Shown in pieces: positions 60,171 to 64,000 of a DNA stretch of 64,000 nt (the stretch's first letter is position 1; every line of letters begins with the position of its first letter). The DNA comes from an uncultured Spirochaetota bacterium (GTDB lineage: Bacteria > Spirochaetota > Spirochaetia > SZUA-6 > CAVTHK01), in the NCBI GenBank assembly GCA_963734495.1, contig CAVTHK010000011.1, positions 96,001-160,000 on the forward strand. Reading direction: 5' to 3'. A model generated the notes under the pieces. It did no database searches and had not been told where the DNA came from. It worked only from the letters and a program-made list of their open reading frames with translations. Made by a program: the position numbers and the translations under genes.

Positions 60171-61244
60171 TCATGCGAGCCGCTCGAGGGCCTGCATCGC
60201 GGCGCGCATGTAGCCCAGCGCGAACGCCATGCCCGTATGCCACGGGCTCGATGTGCTCATCTCCGGCGTGTGGTCGGGTATCAGGACCCCGTCGTAGCGG
60301 TTGTCGCGCAGGACCTTCAGGGCGCGGATCATGTCGATGTCGCCCTCGTCCACGAACACTTCCTGGTAGTCGGGCACCCGCCCCCGGACGTTGCGGAAGT
60401 GGACGTAGAAGATCTTGCCCTCGCGGCTGTAGGTGTCCAGGGCCTCGTAGACGTCGCCGGTCGCCATCTCCTGCACCGAGCCCATGCAGAACTCGATGCC
60501 GTTGGCGGGGCTGGGCGCGAGGTCCAGCAGTCGGCGGTACTTCTCGGGCCGGTTGACGAGGCGCGCGGCGCCGCGCAGCGACTCCACCGGCGGGTCGTCG
60601 GGGTGCGCGGCGAGCCGCACGCCTGCCTCTTCGGCCACGGGCAGCACCTCGCGGAGGAAGTCCCGCGCCCGGTCCCACAGCTCCTGCTCGCCGATGCCGG
60701 CCAGGTAGCCCGGAGGCGCCTCCGGGTCGAAGACCATGTTCCAGACCATCCCGTTGGGGATCGCCCGCTCGGGATCGATCGCGGAGGCGTCGAAGCGCAC
60801 GGACATCGCGTCGCCTCGGCCGAAGGGTCCCTTGGTCCAGCCCCACACGCCGGCGATGCTGAAGTTGTACCCGATGATCGGTATCCCCGCCCTGCCGACG
60901 TTCCTGATCGTCTGCTTGACGATCTCGATCTGCCGCGCGCGCATCGGTCCGTCCAGAAGGATGTCGTGCCAGTGCGCGGGATCGAAGTTCTCGATGGCCT
61001 CCCAGCGCAGGCCGTGGCTTTCGATGGTCCTGCGGATCGCGACGAGTTCGTCGACGGTCCAGAGGCGCTCCCGGTTGAGCGTGACTCCCCACCCGCGCTC
61101 GTCGTCGCCGCGGCTCAAGCTGGGGTTGCTGCCCCGGAAGTAGTCCACGAGGTGCACGACGAGGTGCGTGACCCCGGCCTGTCGGGCGAACCTGAAGTTG
61201 TCCTCCGTAAGAGAGTCACGATACAGGCCGAGGCCGAGCTTCAT
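60171..61244 (-). CDS. uxuA: Mannonate dehydratase family protein
   Basis: FARQAGVTH, GYNF, LAAHPDDPP, GIEFCMGS, HFRNV, IPDHTP. Confidence 0.9.
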   Translation of the reverse strand: MKLGLGLYRDSLTEDNFRFARQAGVTHLVVHLVDYFRGSNPSLSRGDDERGWGVTLNRERLWTVDELVAIRRTIESHGLRWEAIENFDPAHWHDILLDGPMRARQIEIVKQTIRNVGRAGIPIIGYNFSIAGVWGWTKGPFGRGDAMSVRFDASAIDPERAIPNGMVWNMVFDPEAPPGYLAGIGEQELWDRARDFLREVLPVAEEAGVRLAAHPDDPPVESLRGAARLVNRPEKYRRLLDLAPSPANGIEFCMGSVQEMATGDVYEALDTYSREGKIFYVHFRNVRGRVPDYQEVFVDEGDIDMIRALKVLRDNRYDGVLIPDHTPEMSTSSPWHTGMAFALGYMRAAMQALERLA

Positions 61245-61398
61245 CCTGCCAATATAGCGATACCCCCACCGGGGGCGCCAAGCGCGGGCGAACCCCGCAC
61301 CGGAGCGCGATGGAGCAGTTGCGCGCCGGGCTTGCGGGGGCTGGGCGGCAGGCCGCAACGACCGGGGCGGTGTTGCGGGCGCGTGACTGGGCCCGCCC

Positions 61399-62376
61399 CT
61401 ACCCGAACAGCAGCTTGGCCGTCTTGCGCAGCATCGGGATGCCGCGCACCTCGGTGTCCAGCAGCGGGAGGATCGCGCGCACGCTGCCGTCGAAGAGCGT
61501 CTCGATCTGCTTCATGTACCCTTCCTGCATCGCGACGCGGTTCTTCACGAAGTCCGGCGAGTCCGGCCGCACGTCCCTGCGGTCGATCTGCATGTTGACC
61601 ACGACGCCGCCGACGGGGATGCCGAAGTCGTGGAACCAGCGGATGAAGCGCGTGATCACCGCGATGGGCAGCGCCTCCGGGAGCGTGATGAAGAAGAACG
61701 AGGTGAGCTTGCCGTCGGTGAGGAGCACCTTGGCCCGAGCCATCCGCTCGCGCAGGTTCAGCAGGTACTCCATGAGCGGGTCCTTCTGCTGCTTCTTCTT
61801 GCTGTAGGAGAGCAGGTCCTTCAGGGTCATGGCCTCCTCGCGGCTCTTGACCATCTTGTTGACCCACATCGAGTAGACGCCTGACATCCCGAGGAGCCTG
61901 CGCGCGTTGGCCGTCGGCGCCGTGTCGAACACGTACACGTCGTACTTGTTCTCGAACATGAGGTCGATCATGTTCTCGAACATGGCCGACTCCTCGAACG
62001 AAGGGTTCATCGTCGCGCTCTCGACGAACTCGTCGGCCTTGGTCTTGATCTCGGCGTACTTGAGGAACCACTCGATCTTTTCGCGGATCTCGTGCTTGGA
62101 CTTGTTGATGGTCTCGCGCGTGTCGATCTCGTAGGCCTGGAGGTTGGGGACCTCGGGGATGTCGGTCGGCTTGCCGAACACGTCGCGGTCCAGCATCGAG
62201 GAAAGCGAATGCACCGGGTTCGTGGACGCCAGCAGCGTCTTCCTGCCGGCGTCGGCGAACCACAGCGCCGCGGTCCCGGCCAGGACCGTCTTGCCCACCC
62301 CGCCCTTGCCGCCGAAGAAGATGTACTTCAGGCCCGGATGGGCCGCCAGGTACTGGCGCATCGTCTCTGTGATCAT
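61399..62376 (-). CDS. Get3/ArsA-family ATPase (single domain; switch I Asp replaced by Asn)
   Basis: FGGKGGVGKT, STNPVHSLS, FDTAPTAN, TLPE.LP, GVVVN; no cysteines. Confidence 0.9.
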   Translation of the reverse strand: MITETMRQYLAAHPGLKYIFFGGKGGVGKTVLAGTAALWFADAGRKTLLASTNPVHSLSSMLDRDVFGKPTDIPEVPNLQAYEIDTRETINKSKHEIREKIEWFLKYAEIKTKADEFVESATMNPSFEESAMFENMIDLMFENKYDVYVFDTAPTANARRLLGMSGVYSMWVNKMVKSREEAMTLKDLLSYSKKKQQKDPLMEYLLNLRERMARAKVLLTDGKLTSFFFITLPEALPIAVITRFIRWFHDFGIPVGGVVVNMQIDRRDVRPDSPDFVKNRVAMQEGYMKQIETLFDGSVRAILPLLDTEVRGIPMLRKTAKLLFG

Positions 62377-63353
62377 TTTTCGTCTCCAAAGAGGACAGCG
62401 GCCATCCGCTCGATCATGGGCAGTCCCGTGATGTCCGACTCGAACTCCGGCACGTGCGCCCGCACCTCGGAGCCGAACGTCTTTTCGATGGTTTCGAGGT
62501 GCCCCTTCTGCATCTGGAGCCTGTTGCGCAGGTAGTCGGGGATGTTCTGCTGCCCGAGCTCCTTGGGGATCACGCGGTTGACGACGTACCCCGACAGGGG
62601 GACGTTGTACTTCGCAAACAGGCCCGCCGCCTTCTGCGTATCGAGGATGATCATCTGTTCGGGGATCAGGACGAAGAAGAAGGCTGTCTTCTCGCGATTG
62701 GTCAGGATCCCGGAGGACGTGTTGATCCGACGCTTTATGTCCTGGAGCTCGCCGAGGATCTTGTCCTCCTCGCTCTCCTTTTCGTGCTTCATCACCGAGG
62801 CGACCTGGGCGTACTCCTGCATCTCCTCGCGGAGGCCCGTGATCTTGTCGATCCACTCGTCGTACACGGAGGCCATGCTGAGGTAGTAGAGGGCGTGGCC
62901 GAGCGGCACCAGGTCGTAGATGTAGTAGTCGTACTGTCCGCCGACGACGATGTCGACGACGGCGTCGAAGATCGCGCTCTCCTCCATGGCCGGCTCGGCG
63001 GCCGTGGCCTGGATGTAGTTCTCGATCTCCTCGGGGATCGTTTCCATTCCGTACATGGTGCGGATCTTGCCGCGGATCTCTTCCTGGTAGTCCTTGATCC
63101 GCCGGTCCGCGTCGATCTCCTGCGCGAACAGGTTAGGCATCACCTCCACGGGTCCCTTGCCGAAGATGTCGCGCTTGAAGATGTCCGACAGGCTCGCCTG
63201 GGGATCGACGGAGAAGACCAGCACCTTGAAGCCCTGCTTCGCGAGCCAGAAGGCGGTGGTCGCGGAAAAGGTCGTCTTGCCGAGGCCGCCCTTGCCGCCG
63301 AACATGATGTAGCGCCGGTCGGGATACTTCTCGAAAAAAGTTCTCAGGCTCAT
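62373..63353 (-). CDS. Get3/ArsA-family ATPase (single domain; divergent switch II)
   Basis: FGGKGGLGKTT, SVDPQASLSD, YDLVPLGH, LIPE, YVVNRV; no cysteines; stop overlaps the next start. Confidence 0.9.
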   Translation of the reverse strand: MSLRTFFEKYPDRRYIMFGGKGGLGKTTFSATTAFWLAKQGFKVLVFSVDPQASLSDIFKRDIFGKGPVEVMPNLFAQEIDADRRIKDYQEEIRGKIRTMYGMETIPEEIENYIQATAAEPAMEESAIFDAVVDIVVGGQYDYYIYDLVPLGHALYYLSMASVYDEWIDKITGLREEMQEYAQVASVMKHEKESEEDKILGELQDIKRRINTSSGILTNREKTAFFFVLIPEQMIILDTQKAAGLFAKYNVPLSGYVVNRVIPKELGQQNIPDYLRNRLQMQKGHLETIEKTFGSEVRAHVPEFESDITGLPMIERMAAVLFGDEK

Positions 63354-63407
63354 GAATGCGGCTCCTTGCCCGCAGGGTTGTTCGGTAAACGGCGGCGCCG
63401 CCGCCCC

Positions 63408-63677
63408 CTACGCCAGCGCGTCGGTCAGATCCTTCTCGCGCAGCATGCGCCGCTTCCACGTGGCGATCTGCGGCACAACGTAGGGCAGCAGCCGCAGGCT
63501 GTAGTACGGCGGAAGGATGGGCACGCCCAGCAGGTCGCCCATCGTGATCAGGATGAACAGGTGCTCCATGCTCCCGCGCGTCTTGAGCGCGAAGCGGGCC
63601 ATGTCGTGTCCCGCCATGCCGTAGAGCACGCTCTTGAAGCTCTGGAACAGGCTGCGCTTTTCCTTGTCTTTGGCCAT
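63408..63677 (-). CDS. Small conserved protein (89 aa) associated with the ArsA-like ATPases
   Basis: GAGGAG RBS; LFILITMGDLLGVPILPPYYSLRLLPY; paralog immediately upstream. Confidence 0.8.
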   Translation of the reverse strand: MAKDKEKRSLFQSFKSVLYGMAGHDMARFALKTRGSMEHLFILITMGDLLGVPILPPYYSLRLLPYVVPQIATWKRRMLREKDLTDALA

Positions 63678-63806
63678 AGATGCTCCTCAAGCTCGAGCGA
63701 CGCCGGGACCGACCCCAACGTCCCGTCTTTCTGCCTGTCCAACTGGCAACAGGCCGTTGTCTTCGCCGCCGCAAAGCGGTTGCGGGCGCCGCGGACGGCG
63801 CCCGGG

Positions 63807-64000
63807 CTAGTGAATCTCCTCCACGAACAGGTCGGTGAGGTCGCGCTCCCGCAGCATGCTGAGCTTCCAGCCCCGGATCGCGGGGATCACGTAGGGCAGG
63901 AGGCGCAGCGTGTAGTACGGAGGCAGGACAGGCACCCCGAGAAAATCGCCGAACACAACCAGCACGAACAGGCGCTCGATCTGGCCGCGCTCCCTCTGGA
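63807..64000 (-). CDS. Paralog of the 89-aa protein (C-terminal part, truncated by the window edge; absent from the ORF track)
   Basis: Manual translation: QRERGQIERLFVLVVFGDFLGVPVLPPYYTLRLLPYVIPAIRGWKLSMLRERDLTDLFVEEIH*. Confidence 0.85.
   Translation of the reverse strand, partial: QRERGQIERLFVLVVFGDFLGVPVLPPYYTLRLLPYVIPAIRGWKLSMLRERDLTDLFVEEIH

Noticed and set aside
61399-63353. Arsenical resistance (arsA) operon
   Set aside because: No cysteine ligands in either ATPase and no arsB/acr3/arsC/arsD/arsR in the window.

Overview
A GC-rich (roughly 70%, by eye) bacterial window. It is most likely from a free-living Spirochaetia genome or MAG, inferred from substrate-binding-protein N-termini such as FASGGAE, WAAGKQE and FAGGQGE. 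It is dominated by carbohydrate uptake and catabolism: five ABC importer loci, LacI and AraC regulators, two aldo/keto reductases, an AGE-family epimerase, a heparinase II/III (PL15-like) lyase, two Gfo/Idh/MocA oxidoreductases, an SDR and UxuA. It also carries heptose-pathway-like enzymes (HldE-type kinase fused to a HAD phosphatase, GmhA-like isomerase, nucleotidyltransferase) and a four-gene cell-surface cluster (TPR/transglutaminase protein, bacterial Ig-repeat protein with an 894-bp internal duplication, LVIVD/FN3 lipoprotein, FecR-like/TPR protein). One sugar ABC operon has two ADP-ribosylglycohydrolase-fold genes. At the right edge lie two cysteine-free Get3/ArsA-like ATPases with complementary degenerate motifs, next to two paralogous small proteins; this is the best candidate for an undescribed system. 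About ten single-base frameshifts split eight otherwise intact genes, which points to consensus errors rather than true decay. No rRNA, tRNA, CRISPR array or transposase was recognised.
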